64,000 nucleotides of DNA from Polyangiales bacterium (GTDB lineage: Bacteria; Myxococcota_A; Polyangia; Polyangiales; Polyangiaceae), in NCBI GenBank assembly GCA_038230375.1, contig JBBRNJ010000001.1:64001-128000 (forward strand). The letters run 5' to 3'. Below are positions 10,400-19,957 of this stretch, one piece after another. The notes under the pieces are model-generated. The model was not told the DNA's origin. It searched no databases and saw nothing but the letters and a program-made list of their open reading frames with translations. How positions within the stretch are numbered: the first letter of the stretch is position 1; every line of letters begins with the position of its first letter. Both the position numbers and the translations under genes were made by a program.

Positions 10400-10441
10400 C
10401 TCAAGAGGCCCGTGCCGGGAGGGGCCACCCCCCCGTGGGCG

Positions 10442-10852
10442 TCAGTCCAGCGCGACTGTCTTTGGTGGTGGCGGGGCTGCGATGTCGTCCAGCGTTCCTA
10501 GCTTGCGATCGGGGCCGGGGCTCAGCACCGTGATCTCTCCGTCTTCCGCGCAGACGATGCGATACGGCTGATCCCACGCGTCCGTCGTCTTCGATGCGCG
10601 ATCGAGGAGCTGGCTCGCGCGCATCGCCTCGATGGTCGGACAGTCCGCTGACGCCACCTGGATGCGATGCCCCGCTGCCAGGCCACGCAGCGCGATGGCA
10701 TTCTGTTGTGTCGTCTTGATCTGCGCGCGCTCCCACGCCGGCAGCACGCCGAATGCGACCGCGCTCGCGATGAGCGCCATGATCCCGATCACCACCAGTA
10801 TCTCCAGGAGCGTGACGCCACGCGCCCGAGCCCGCCTTGCCGCGTTCTTCAT
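10442..10852 (-). CDS. Type IV pilin-like / GspG-like pseudopilin
   Basis: Basic leader then prepilin site G|VTLLEILVV; C-terminal DAWDQPY...SPGPDRKLGTLDDI GspG-type motif; GGAGG RBS. Confidence 0.88.
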   Translation of the reverse strand: MKNAARRARARGVTLLEILVVIGIMALIASAVAFGVLPAWERAQIKTTQQNAIALRGLAAGHRIQVASADCPTIEAMRASQLLDRASKTTDAWDQPYRIVCAEDGEITVLSPGPDRKLGTLDDIAAPPPPKTVALD

Positions 10853-10875
10853 GAAAACCTCCGCAGGCACCATGA

Positions 10876-10891
10876 AGCGACGAGCGTGCCA
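10876..10891 (-). promoter_or_regulatory. Putative sigma54 (-24/-12) promoter of the pseudopilin gene
   Basis: Minus strand TGGCACGCTCGTCGCT (GG-N10-GC) 23 nt upstream of the ATG. Confidence 0.65.
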
Positions 10892-10973
10892 CGCGCAATA
10901 CACGGCAAAATGTGCCGCTTCAGCGACAGCGAGTGACAGCTGGTCTCACGAAAAGACCGCCCGCTGCCAACCT

Positions 10974-10996
10974 GACAACGGCTTCGGCTTCGGCTT
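10974..10996 (+). repeat. Short hexamer tract GACAA(CGGCTT)3
   Basis: Same GACAACGGCTTCG string occurs inside the 50.2-kb array. Confidence 0.5.
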
Positions 10997-12069
10997 CAGA
11001 ACTTTGTGAAGAACTCCGACAGGTCGGTTGCCTTCTGGGCGTCGCGGAGTAGCGGCGCTCCGAAGATCTCTTCCACCGTTCGCAGCGTGGAGCTGTGCGT
11101 GAAGACCGTGCTGCTCGAGAAGCCCGGCTTGGCCAGCGGCGAAAGCACGATCATGCCGATGGGGCCATCGCTGGAGGTTCCGCCGAATGAGCTGTCGCCC
11201 TCGTCCCAGATGATGAAGAGCGCGCCGTCGTTCTTGTATGCTGCGGAGCCCATGATCGCGGGGACGGCCGTGGAGAGCCACGTGTCGCCGAGCTTGACGT
11301 TGTCCGCTGCCACGTTGCACTTGCCGGAGATCTGCCCGTGCATGTCGTCGCACAGGTCGGGCGTGATGAAGTTGTACTGCGCAGTCTTGCCCGCGAGATC
11401 CGTGGCGAGCTCCGTGTACGGACGAATGTGATCAAGACACGTCTGCGACGTCTTGTTGTTCGTCCCCGTGACGTCATCGAAGAAGAGCATCGGCGTGTGC
11501 TTGGGCGAGAACGCCAGCGCGGTCGACGAGTCCACGAGCGGGCACGTCTTGCCGTCAATGCCCTCCGCGTACGCCTTCCACGTGATGCCCGCGGTATCGA
11601 GCTGCGCCGTCAGGTGGTCCTTCGTGGCCTGGTGGTTTGCGGACGGCGGGTTGTCGTCCGTGATGCCCAGGTTGTCGCCGGACTCGAGCCAGATGTAGTT
11701 CGGCTCGCTGGGGTGATTGCCCTTCGGTGTGGAGTAGGCCTCCGCATGGCCGCCCATCGGGATCAGCGTCTTGATGTACGTCGCCGTGTTGACGCTCGCC
11801 CAGCTGTGGTTCTCCATCATGATGATGAAGACGGTCTTGATCGCGCGGGTGCCGCTCAGGCCGCTGTCATTGCCGCCGCCACCGCCCTCGGTGTTGCCAC
11901 CACCACCACCACCGTCCGTGTCACCGCCGCCGCCGCCGCCGCCATCCGTATTGCCGCCGCCGCCTCCGTCCGTGTCACCGCCGCCGCCGCCGACGTCCGT
12001 GCCGCTACTGCCACACGCGTAGAGGAGACCAAGCGCTGCGAACGCGACAATAAGGAGTGGCTTCTTCAT
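10996..12069 (-). CDS. Phosphoesterase family (acid phosphatase / PLC-like) lipoprotein
   Basis: Start MKKPLLIV, lipobox LYAC; (D/N)TDGGGGG linker repeats; VFIIMMENH, HPSEPNY, KHTP, DDMH, WDE, THSS motifs. Confidence 0.88.
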   Translation of the reverse strand: MKKPLLIVAFAALGLLYACGSSGTDVGGGGGDTDGGGGGNTDGGGGGGGDTDGGGGGGNTEGGGGGNDSGLSGTRAIKTVFIIMMENHSWASVNTATYIKTLIPMGGHAEAYSTPKGNHPSEPNYIWLESGDNLGITDDNPPSANHQATKDHLTAQLDTAGITWKAYAEGIDGKTCPLVDSSTALAFSPKHTPMLFFDDVTGTNNKTSQTCLDHIRPYTELATDLAGKTAQYNFITPDLCDDMHGQISGKCNVAADNVKLGDTWLSTAVPAIMGSAAYKNDGALFIIWDEGDSSFGGTSSDGPIGMIVLSPLAKPGFSSSTVFTHSSTLRTVEEIFGAPLLRDAQKATDLSEFFTKF

Positions 12070-12141
12070 GCGCGGAAGCCAAGCGCTTCGACGGGGGTGG
12101 GGCACGTCTCGCGTGCCTCTCGACGGACGATATCTGTAGCT

Positions 12142-13021
12142 ATGTGCCATATCGGGACAAAACGGGCCGCAAAAACGGTACGCTTGGAGGGTGAAGGTTC
12201 GGTGGGTCCTATCGGCTGCATCCAGCGGACTGGACTGGCCGGCTCCGATGACGGCGGCGTGTCCGCGACCGACGCCAAGGTGAACACGGCTGACGGGGCC
12301 AACACCGACGCAAGCAACACTCCGATCGACACCGGCGCCGACGTTCCGAGTGGGCCGTGTGTGGCGTCGACCACCATCACCGCCGCGTTCACGACGGACC
12401 TGGGGATGTGGAGCCCCTTCTCCACCGCAGCGGCGTACCCGAACGTGGAGTCGTTCTACGGCGACATGGCGCTCACGCTCTATCCGTTCCGCGACACGAC
12501 GCTCGTCGACGCAGGCTACGACGCCGACCTTGTCCCCAAGCAGACTCCGTTCACCAACTCTCACTCTGGTGTCTGGCTCAAGTCGCCGCTGCCGCTCACG
12601 TCGTTCGACGTGAGCTTCGATGCGCAGATCCACTGCACAACCGGGAGCTCGTGTGCCGACGGGCTCATCTTCGCGTGGCTCGACTCGGTGGACCCGAAAG
12701 TTCTCACCAACACCAATCTCGGCAGCGGCGCGGGCATGCCGGACCTTGTCGGTGGTGCGGGCATCAACCTGGACAGTGAGCACCTACGCGTGGCAGAAGG
12801 CCATCGAGCCGCTCACGTTCGCGAACGCGTGGCACACGATCACGATCTCGCAGCGCAACGGAAACGTCACGCTGTCATACGACGGTGTGAAGCAGCTGAC
12901 GGCGATTGTGACACTGGTGACCACGGGGCTCGTCGGTTTCACCGCGGGCGTCGGGGGCGAGTCGGACGCCGTGGGGGTCAGGAACTTCAGCGGGACGTTT
13001 TATGACTGCCTGGCCAAGTAG
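12142..13021 (+). pseudogene. Frameshifted L-type (legume) lectin-like domain protein
   Basis: First frame FDVSFD...ADGLIFAW...GINLD to 12774; second frame WHTITI...GLVGFTAGVGG...FYDCLAK to 13021; no clear signal peptide. Confidence 0.65.
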
Positions 13022-13177
13022 GGCTCGGCCTCGCTCGTGTTTTAACGAATTGTTTCGGATGTTTGACAGACTTTAGTTTGTCCACCCGATAGTTTTCACA
13101 TGGTCGCGCTTGCGTTTCCGACATCTCGGGTCATGTAGACGAACCTCCTACATCTGGAGGCCGCCCTGGAGGCTCTC

Positions 13178-14014
13178 ATGATCCGCTCTTCCCGCTCCTC
13201 CCGCTCTCCCCTCGCTTCCCTGCTTGCTCTCGCGTGTGTCGCCGCCGTTGCCGGTTGTGCTGCCGAGACCGATGGCACCGACAGCGCCGAGCAGGACCAG
13301 ACGGGATCGCTCGTGAAGGTGGGCACGTACAAACTCTCTGGCTCTGCGCAGGCGTGGACCATCAAGGACCTCGTGCTGAAGAGCGACGGTTCGTACACCG
13401 TCGTGATGCATCCGGGTCGCGCGTTTCCGATCGACGACGTGACGACGACCACTGGCAAGTGGACCGCGTCTGGCGACACGCTCACGATCAAGTTCGCGAA
13501 GGGCAACGTCTTCGAGAAGTGGGCCGTCACCAAGAGCGGCTCGAAGCTCCACTTCTCCGACAAGGTGGAGAGCTCCGAGTTCGACATGACGTACACCGGC
13601 GGCGACCAGGTCGATCCGGTCGAGCCCGTGCAGGGCAAGGACCCCGGCCTTCCCACGCCCGTTCCCGGTGGCGCCGACGTCCGCTGCCACTCCCTCTACG
13701 GCGACGTCTTCGCGAACCTCTCCGTCGCGCACTCGGGCGCCGGCACGATGAAGCTGTCGTCCGCGAAGACCCTCGCGCTCGGAAAGACCGAGACGGTCAC
13801 GCTGAAGAAGAACCCCGACTCCGCGGGCTCGTCCGGCTGGCTCAGCGTCACCGGCAACGGCAACACGGCAGACGGCAAGCGCTACGTGTGGCAGCTGCCG
13901 ACGAGCTTCCTCTCGTCCGGTGGAAAGGACAAGAGCATCTCGATGATCGTCGGCAGCCAGGACCAGGACAACGCGCTCGAGGTCTCCTACGGAATGGTCT
14001 GCACGCGGTACTAG
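13178..14014 (+). CDS. Hypothetical lipoprotein
   Basis: GGAGG RBS; lipobox VAGC; strong codon bias. Confidence 0.82.
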   Translation: MIRSSRSSRSPLASLLALACVAAVAGCAAETDGTDSAEQDQTGSLVKVGTYKLSGSAQAWTIKDLVLKSDGSYTVVMHPGRAFPIDDVTTTTGKWTASGDTLTIKFAKGNVFEKWAVTKSGSKLHFSDKVESSEFDMTYTGGDQVDPVEPVQGKDPGLPTPVPGGADVRCHSLYGDVFANLSVAHSGAGTMKLSSAKTLALGKTETVTLKKNPDSAGSSGWLSVTGNGNTADGKRYVWQLPTSFLSSGGKDKSISMIVGSQDQDNALEVSYGMVCTRY

Positions 14015-14023
14015 CTGCGTGAG

Positions 14024-14890
14024 CTACCTGGCGAGGAGACCGCGAAGAACGGTCTCCAGGTCCGTCGCACCGCGCACGCTGCGATGCGTTCCCTCGAACG
14101 CGACGTGCCCTTTTTCCACGCCGATCGTCATCTCGCGATAGAGCTCCGCAACGCCGGCGGGGAAGCCGAAGCTCGTGAGCGTGGGCACCATCGCGTCGAT
14201 GCCGGCGTTGTGCGCCTTGATCGGCTTGCCGGTGATCTTCGTGAGCGCGGCGGCAGCGTCATCCATCGCGTACTTCTTCGGACCGCCGAGCTCGATGACC
14301 GTGGTCTGCTTTGCGCCCTCGCGCAGCGCCGTGGCAGCGAGCGTGCCGATGTCCTTCGTTGCGACCATCTCGAACGCCTGATCGGTGCGCTGGAACGTGG
14401 GCAGGATCCCCTGCTCGAGCGCGCCCAGCGAGCCGCCGAGGTTCTCCATGAAGTAGGCGGCGCGGATGAACGTGGACACGGTGCCCGGCAGCGCGCGCAG
14501 CGCAGCCTCGATGGGGTTCAGCGCCGCGATCGGCCCGGTGCCATCCTTGTGCTGCGCACCCACGGACGAGAGAAGCACCACGTGCGGGATCTTGCTATGC
14601 GCGACCGCCTTCACGATCGCTTCGCCCGTGGCCTTCTGGTACGCGCGGAAATCCGGCGCGCCCAGGTTCGGCGGCACGAGCAGGTAGACGCCCTTTGCGC
14701 CCACGAGCGCCTTCGCGAGATCGTCCGCGTTGCCGAGATCCGCGATCGCTACCTCCGCGCCCTTCGCCTTCCACGGCTCGCCCTTCGCCGCGTCACGCAC
14801 GATCACGCGGACCTTCTGACCTGCTGCAAGAAGAGTCTCCGCCGCGACCTGACCCGTGTGCCCGCTGACTCCTGCAATGACGTAATCCAT
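14024..14890 (-). CDS. NmrA-family NAD(P)H-binding protein
   Basis: IAGVSGHTG Rossmann motif; VLLSSVGA; RAAYFMEN; GGAG RBS. Confidence 0.9.
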   Translation of the reverse strand: MDYVIAGVSGHTGQVAAETLLAAGQKVRVIVRDAAKGEPWKAKGAEVAIADLGNADDLAKALVGAKGVYLLVPPNLGAPDFRAYQKATGEAIVKAVAHSKIPHVVLLSSVGAQHKDGTGPIAALNPIEAALRALPGTVSTFIRAAYFMENLGGSLGALEQGILPTFQRTDQAFEMVATKDIGTLAATALREGAKQTTVIELGGPKKYAMDDAAAALTKITGKPIKAHNAGIDAMVPTLTSFGFPAGVAELYREMTIGVEKGHVAFEGTHRSVRGATDLETVLRGLLAR

Positions 14891-14972
14891 GGCGTTCTCC
14901 CTTGTGGTGGCGGCGCCGCTGATGGCCCCGCCGACCACGAAGAACATAGGTCCGGCCCTCTCATCTGCCCAA

Positions 14973-14998
14973 TGCATGATAAGTATCAGCATCATGCA
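14973..14998. promoter_or_regulatory. Probable LysR operator
   Basis: Inverted repeat TGCATGAT-N10-ATCATGCA overlapping the LysR start, between divergent LysR and NmrA genes. Confidence 0.55.
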
Positions 14999-15947
14999 CC
15001 CCACGAATCTTGCAGGATTGGACCTGAATCTCCTGCGCGTTCTCGATGCGTTGCTGCGCGAGCGGCACCTCACCCGTGCGGCGAAGGGGCTCGGCCTCTC
15101 CCAGCCCGCGACCAGCCACGCGCTCGCGCGGCTACGAGAGCACATGGGAGATCCGCTCTTCGTGCGATCGTCCGCAGGCCTTGTCCCCACCGCGCGCGCT
15201 GCCGCTCTTGCGCCCAAGCTGCGGAGCGCCATGCAGGCGCTCGGCGAATGCGTGACCGGCATGCCCGCGTTCGAGCCCCGCACGGCGCGCGCGACCTTCA
15301 CGCTGTCGACGACCGACGGTTCGTTCGTGCTGGTGCCGGCGCTCCTGAAGCAGCTGTCGCGGATGGCGCCAGGCGTGGACGTGTGGGTGCGCGCCGCACG
15401 CGACGAGATCTTCGCGGAGCTCGCCCGGGGTGACGCGGACGTCCACGTGGGCCCGATCCCCGAGGGCGCGACGGCCCCCGGCATCCACAAGCATCCGCTG
15501 TTCGAGGAAGAGTTCGTGTGCCTCGTGCGCGCGGACCACCCGCGCGTGCGTGGGTCGCTCGATCTGGACACCTACGCGGACCTCCCGCACGTCTTCGTCG
15601 CGCCGCGCGGCACGCCAGGCGGCATCGTCGACCAGGTGCTCGCGAAGCACAAACGAAAGCGGCGCGTCGCCATCGCGGTCCCTCAGTTCTTGCTCGCGCC
15701 GTTCCTTGTGGCGAAGTCGGACATGATCGTCACCATCGGGCGTCGCGTCGCGGAGACCTTCGCCGCTCTTCTACCGCTGCGCATCCTGGAGCCGCCGATC
15801 AAGCTCCCGCCGTTCATGACCCAGCTCGTGTGGCACGAGCGCACGCAAGAGGACCCCGCGCATCGGTGGTTTCGCGAGCGGATCATGAACGCCGTCCCCG
15901 ACACTACAAAGCGCACGAAAGAGCGAGTACGGTCACCGCGTCGATGA
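14994..15947 (+). CDS. LysR family transcriptional regulator
   Basis: LDLNLLRVLDALLRERHLTRAA..LGLSQPATSHALARLR..GDPLFVR HTH; substrate-binding domain. Confidence 0.95.
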   Translation: MHPTNLAGLDLNLLRVLDALLRERHLTRAAKGLGLSQPATSHALARLREHMGDPLFVRSSAGLVPTARAAALAPKLRSAMQALGECVTGMPAFEPRTARATFTLSTTDGSFVLVPALLKQLSRMAPGVDVWVRAARDEIFAELARGDADVHVGPIPEGATAPGIHKHPLFEEEFVCLVRADHPRVRGSLDLDTYADLPHVFVAPRGTPGGIVDQVLAKHKRKRRVAIAVPQFLLAPFLVAKSDMIVTIGRRVAETFAALLPLRILEPPIKLPPFMTQLVWHERTQEDPAHRWFRERIMNAVPDTTKRTKERVRSPRR

Positions 15948-16576
15948 GCACCAGAACGTCACGTGCAAAGATCGCCGCGGGCGCCGTTCTCGTTGCCGCA
16001 CTTGGCTTCGTTGCGTATGCGCGCTTCGGCGTGGACTACACGGCGCTCGTCACCGCGCACGACGAGCAGCTGCTCCAGCAGTTGATGAGCCACTCCGTCA
16101 ACGTGGAGCTGGTCTCCAGCAGGGTGGCGCGCTTCCACAAGGGCACGCCGCCGTGCGAGTACGCGCCCATGCAGGAGGTCCCACAAGAAGAGGTGGACGT
16201 CATCGAGCGCGAGCTGCGCGGCGCCAAGATGCTGGGGCGCGCGCGCGAGCTGTCATCGCTCTTCTACAAGTGGGGCAAGGACGACGAGGCGCGCCGCCAT
16301 GGTCCGCGAACCGACGACGAGGTGCTCATGGCGTGGAACGCCACCGGCTCCCTGTACGATCGCGCTGTGGCCACCGTTGCGGGACACGGCGTCGCGGACG
16401 CTGTTCGCGCATCGTCGGAGAAGACGCAGGCGCGCATGCTCGGTAAGGCCGACGAGGTGCAGAAGAGCCTGGACGAGCACCAGATGGAATCCGTCTTTGG
16501 AATCTGGATGCGTCACCCCGTGGCGCTCTCGCCTCCCGCGTTCGTGCAAACGCTGACCCGGTTGCCAAAGGAGTAG
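15944..16576 (+). CDS. Hypothetical protein with N-terminal membrane anchor
   Basis: ATGA overlap with LysR stop; TM IAAGAVLVAALGFVAYA; codon bias. Confidence 0.7.
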   Translation: MSTRTSRAKIAAGAVLVAALGFVAYARFGVDYTALVTAHDEQLLQQLMSHSVNVELVSSRVARFHKGTPPCEYAPMQEVPQEEVDVIERELRGAKMLGRARELSSLFYKWGKDDEARRHGPRTDDEVLMAWNATGSLYDRAVATVAGHGVADAVRASSEKTQARMLGKADEVQKSLDEHQMESVFGIWMRHPVALSPPAFVQTLTRLPKE

Positions 16577-16579
16577 CGC

Positions 16580-17206
16580 GTGCTCTCCCGCTACGCATCG
16601 TGCGCCACCTACGAGGACCGCGGTGAGTCCGTCACCACGTTCACACCGAACGACGGCTCGCGCGTGCGCCACCTCACGATCACGTTCGAGACCGCGTTCG
16701 ATCGTGTGCGCGGCGGCTTCCGCTTCGAGTACCAGGCAAGCGGACTCTCCACCGAGAAGCGCGGGATCGTGTGGCGAGAGGGCCTTGGTCCCGCGCGCTC
16801 GTGGTGGAGCCAGAGCCCGGCCACGGCGCAGGGCGAGCTCTCCGCGCTGCTGCTGTCCGTCCACGCGGGCACGTCGGGCGGGACGTCGCAGATGATCCCT
16901 GCGCTCTTGCTCGGGCGGCCGCTGCCGTGGACGCTCGGTCCGGCCGCGCCGCGCGGTGAAGAGCTCGAGATCCCGGTCGTGGGCCGCGCCATGACGCTGT
17001 TCTGCCGGGCGGACGATCACGCGGTCTTGCGCTGGACGTCGCAGCACCGCCGCATGCGCATGGGTGCGCTGCTGGACCACGACGACCGCGAACCAAACCC
17101 GGAGGTGGAGGCCCTCCTCGCGTCCGCGATCACGCAGGAGGTGACGCTGGAGCCCGCCTTCGACCGCGATCTCCCTCCATCACGCTTCGCGCGCATCGGC
17201 AGCTGA
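16580..17206 (+). CDS. Hypothetical protein (possible LolA-like fold)
   Basis: Fills operon gap; YEDRG...FETAFDR...FRFEY pattern. Confidence 0.55.
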   Translation: MLSRYASCATYEDRGESVTTFTPNDGSRVRHLTITFETAFDRVRGGFRFEYQASGLSTEKRGIVWREGLGPARSWWSQSPATAQGELSALLLSVHAGTSGGTSQMIPALLLGRPLPWTLGPAAPRGEELEIPVVGRAMTLFCRADDHAVLRWTSQHRRMRMGALLDHDDREPNPEVEALLASAITQEVTLEPAFDRDLPPSRFARIGS

Positions 17207-17220
17207 CGTAGGCTTCTACC

Positions 17221-17985
17221 GTGTTCGATTTCCTCTTCAAGAAGAAGCGCCGCGAGGAGCTGCAAAAGACGCCGCTGCCGGAGCCGTTCCGCGCGATCAT
17301 CCACAAGTGCGTGCCTTACGTGCACCGGCTCTCCGAAGCCGACCGCGAGGAGCTCTACGGGCATGTGCAGGTGTTCCTGGCGGAGAAGAGCTTCGAGGGC
17401 TGCGGCGGGCTCGAGCTCACGGACGAGATCCGCGTGACGATCGCCGCGCAGGCCTGCGTGCTCCTGCTCCATCGGGAAACGGACTACTACCCCGAGCTCG
17501 ACTCCATCCTGGTCTACCCACATGCGTACGTCGCGAAGGGCTCGCGATCGCAGCTCGGCAACGTGGTGGTGGAGAAAGAGGAGGAGCGCCTTGGCGAATC
17601 GTGGACGCGCGGCACCATCGTGCTCGCGTGGGACGCGGTGAAGAGCGGCGCATCCAACATCCACGACGGACACAACGTGGTGTTGCACGAGTTCGCGCAC
17701 CAGCTGGACGCAGAGGACGGGGCCATGGACGGCGCGCCGGACCTGGGAAAGCGTGCACTCTACACGGGATGGGCGCACGTGCTGGGCACCGAGTACACCG
17801 AGCTCACCGAGCTGCTCGCCGCACACCGGCGCAGCGATCTGGACTCCTACGGAGCAACGAACCCCGCAGAGTTCTTCGCCGTGGTGACCGAGGCGTTCTT
17901 CGAGAAGGGCGCAGCCCTCAAGCGCAGGCATCCAGAGCTGTACGACGCATTAGCTGCATTCTACAAGCAAGATCCTGCTGGCTGA
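17221..17985 (+). CDS. MtfA-like zinc metallopeptidase (M90)
   Basis: IAAQAC, GESW, NVVLHEFAHQLD, YGATNPAEFFAVVTE.FFE. Confidence 0.92.
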   Translation: MFDFLFKKKRREELQKTPLPEPFRAIIHKCVPYVHRLSEADREELYGHVQVFLAEKSFEGCGGLELTDEIRVTIAAQACVLLLHRETDYYPELDSILVYPHAYVAKGSRSQLGNVVVEKEEERLGESWTRGTIVLAWDAVKSGASNIHDGHNVVLHEFAHQLDAEDGAMDGAPDLGKRALYTGWAHVLGTEYTELTELLAAHRRSDLDSYGATNPAEFFAVVTEAFFEKGAALKRRHPELYDALAAFYKQDPAG

Positions 17986-18013
17986 GCGGGGGCCTAGGTC
18001 CTAGGAAGACCGG

Positions 18014-19099
18014 ATGACGTCGCTCTTCGAACCGCTCACGTTCCGCACGGGCCTCACGTTGAAGAGCCGGCTCGCGCTCGCGGCCATGACCAACAAGCAG
18101 AGCCACGAGGACGGCACGCTGTCGGACGACGAGCTGCGCTGGTTGCGCGCGCGGGCAGACGGGGGATTCCGGCTGATCTTCACCTGCGCGTCGCATGTGG
18201 CGAAGGACGGCCAGGGATGGTCCGGTGAGCTGGGATGCTTCTCGGACGCGCACGTGCCGGGGCTCACGCGCCTGGCAACGGACCTGCGTGAGCACGGCGC
18301 AAGCACCATGGTGCAGCTCTTCCACGGCGGCGTCCGTGCGGACGCTGCGGTGTCCGGAACGAAGCCGTGGACCGCGACCGAGACGGAGACCGCGCGCGCG
18401 GCGACGGAAGAAGATCTGACGCGCGTCATTCGCGAGTTCGGTGACGCAGCGGCGCGCGCGAAGGCAGCGGGCATGGACGGCGTGGAGCTGCACGGCGCGC
18501 ACGGCTATCTGCTCACGCAGTTCCTGAGCGCCACGGAGAACCAGCGACAGGATGGCTGGGGTGGTTCGTTGCCGAACCGGGCACGCCTGATCCGCTCCGT
18601 GCTGCGAGAGGTGCGCGCGCGCGTGGGCGCGTCGTTCACGGTGGGGGTGCGTTTGTCACCGGAGGACTTCGGCAACGCGAAGGGCATGGATCTGGACGAG
18701 AGTATCCAGACCGCGCGATGGCTCGCGGAGGACTCCGCGGACTTCATCCACCTGTCGCTGTGGCGGTCGGAGCTGATGACGAAGAAGCGCCCGGAAGAGC
18801 ACGCGGTGAACGTGTTCCGCGCGGCGCTTCCCGCGGACGTGAAGCTCATCGTCGCGGGTGGTGTGTGGACGCCGGCAGAGGCGAGCGCGCTGCTCGAACG
18901 CGGAGCGGATCTCGTGGCGCTCGGTCGTTCCGCGATCGTGAACCCGGACTGGCCGCAGCGCGCGGAGGCGTCCACGGGCACCATGCCGTTCGAGCCAAGG
19001 AGGCCACCGGTGACGATCGACGAGCTCACCGCGCGTGGACTCTCGAAGACGTTCGCGGAGTACATGCGGGCATGGAAGGGATTCGTGAGCGACGCCTGA
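18014..19099 (+). CDS. NADH:flavin oxidoreductase (old yellow enzyme family)
   Basis: AAMT, QLFHGG, DGVELHGAHGYLLTQFLS, WGGSLPNR, ALGR. Confidence 0.93.
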   Translation: MTSLFEPLTFRTGLTLKSRLALAAMTNKQSHEDGTLSDDELRWLRARADGGFRLIFTCASHVAKDGQGWSGELGCFSDAHVPGLTRLATDLREHGASTMVQLFHGGVRADAAVSGTKPWTATETETARAATEEDLTRVIREFGDAAARAKAAGMDGVELHGAHGYLLTQFLSATENQRQDGWGGSLPNRARLIRSVLREVRARVGASFTVGVRLSPEDFGNAKGMDLDESIQTARWLAEDSADFIHLSLWRSELMTKKRPEEHAVNVFRAALPADVKLIVAGGVWTPAEASALLERGADLVALGRSAIVNPDWPQRAEASTGTMPFEPRRPPVTIDELTARGLSKTFAEYMRAWKGFVSDA

Positions 19100-19159
19100 G
19101 TAGGCGCAGCTGCGGCGGATGCATGGCGGGCTGCAGGCTCCACGGTCCACTGAGGAGAA

Positions 19160-19957
19160 TCAGGCTCGGTAGGGCTTCAGTGCCTTGAGGCGCTCGGCGG
19201 CTCGCTGCGCCAGCTCGGTGTCCGGGGCTTCGGAGATCGCGCGCGCGTAGGCGGCGCGGGCGTCATCGTCGCGGCCCATCGACGCGAGGGCCTCGCCCAG
19301 GAAGTACTCGCGGGCGGACTGATGCTTCTTCGTGCCTCCGCGTGCGATCGCCTGTTCGAGCTTCTCCACGGCCTCTTCCGACTCTCCGGAGATCGCGAGC
19401 GCTGCGCCCAGTGTCCCCAGCTGGAGCGCGCGCAGATCCGATCCTGCGGAGAAGAGCGGGCGCGTGGTCTTCTCCGCTGCGTCGAGCGATGCCCGCGCCG
19501 CCGACAGCGCGTTCGGTGCGTCGCCCGCGAGCACGCGGTACCACGCCAGGTTGTTCCAGAGCACGGGCGCCCACGCCTCGCCCAGGACCTTCATGTCCAC
19601 TGACGCGAGCAGCTTCGCCGCCTGTGCATGCTTCTTCTCCAGTGAGAGGAGCTGCGCCTCGTACAGGCGGAGCTGCTCCATGCCTACGCGAGAGCCCAGG
19701 TACAGCTCTCGCAGCTCCAGCAGGATCGCGCGTGAGGCCTTCACGTCCTCCGCCGCCACGTGACGCGCGAGCCTGACGAACGCGCGCCGCGCGATCAGCG
19801 TGGGCACGCGCGTCTGCGCGAACCACGCGACCACCGTCACCGCAGGCACGAACAGCAGCGGCGAGATACCAAGCTTCCCCGCCGACACGAGCGACACCGC
19901 GAACGCCGCGAACACCAGCAGCAGCCGAAGCACGGTGGAGAGCCTACGAAGCTTCAC
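19160..19957 (-). CDS. Membrane-anchored TPR protein
   Basis: Two N-terminal TMs; NNLAWY and YFLGEALA TPR helices; GTGA overlap with PP2C stop. Confidence 0.75.
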   Translation of the reverse strand: MKLRRLSTVLRLLLVFAAFAVSLVSAGKLGISPLLFVPAVTVVAWFAQTRVPTLIARRAFVRLARHVAAEDVKASRAILLELRELYLGSRVGMEQLRLYEAQLLSLEKKHAQAAKLLASVDMKVLGEAWAPVLWNNLAWYRVLAGDAPNALSAARASLDAAEKTTRPLFSAGSDLRALQLGTLGAALAISGESEEAVEKLEQAIARGGTKKHQSAREYFLGEALASMGRDDDARAAYARAISEAPDTELAQRAAERLKALKPYRA

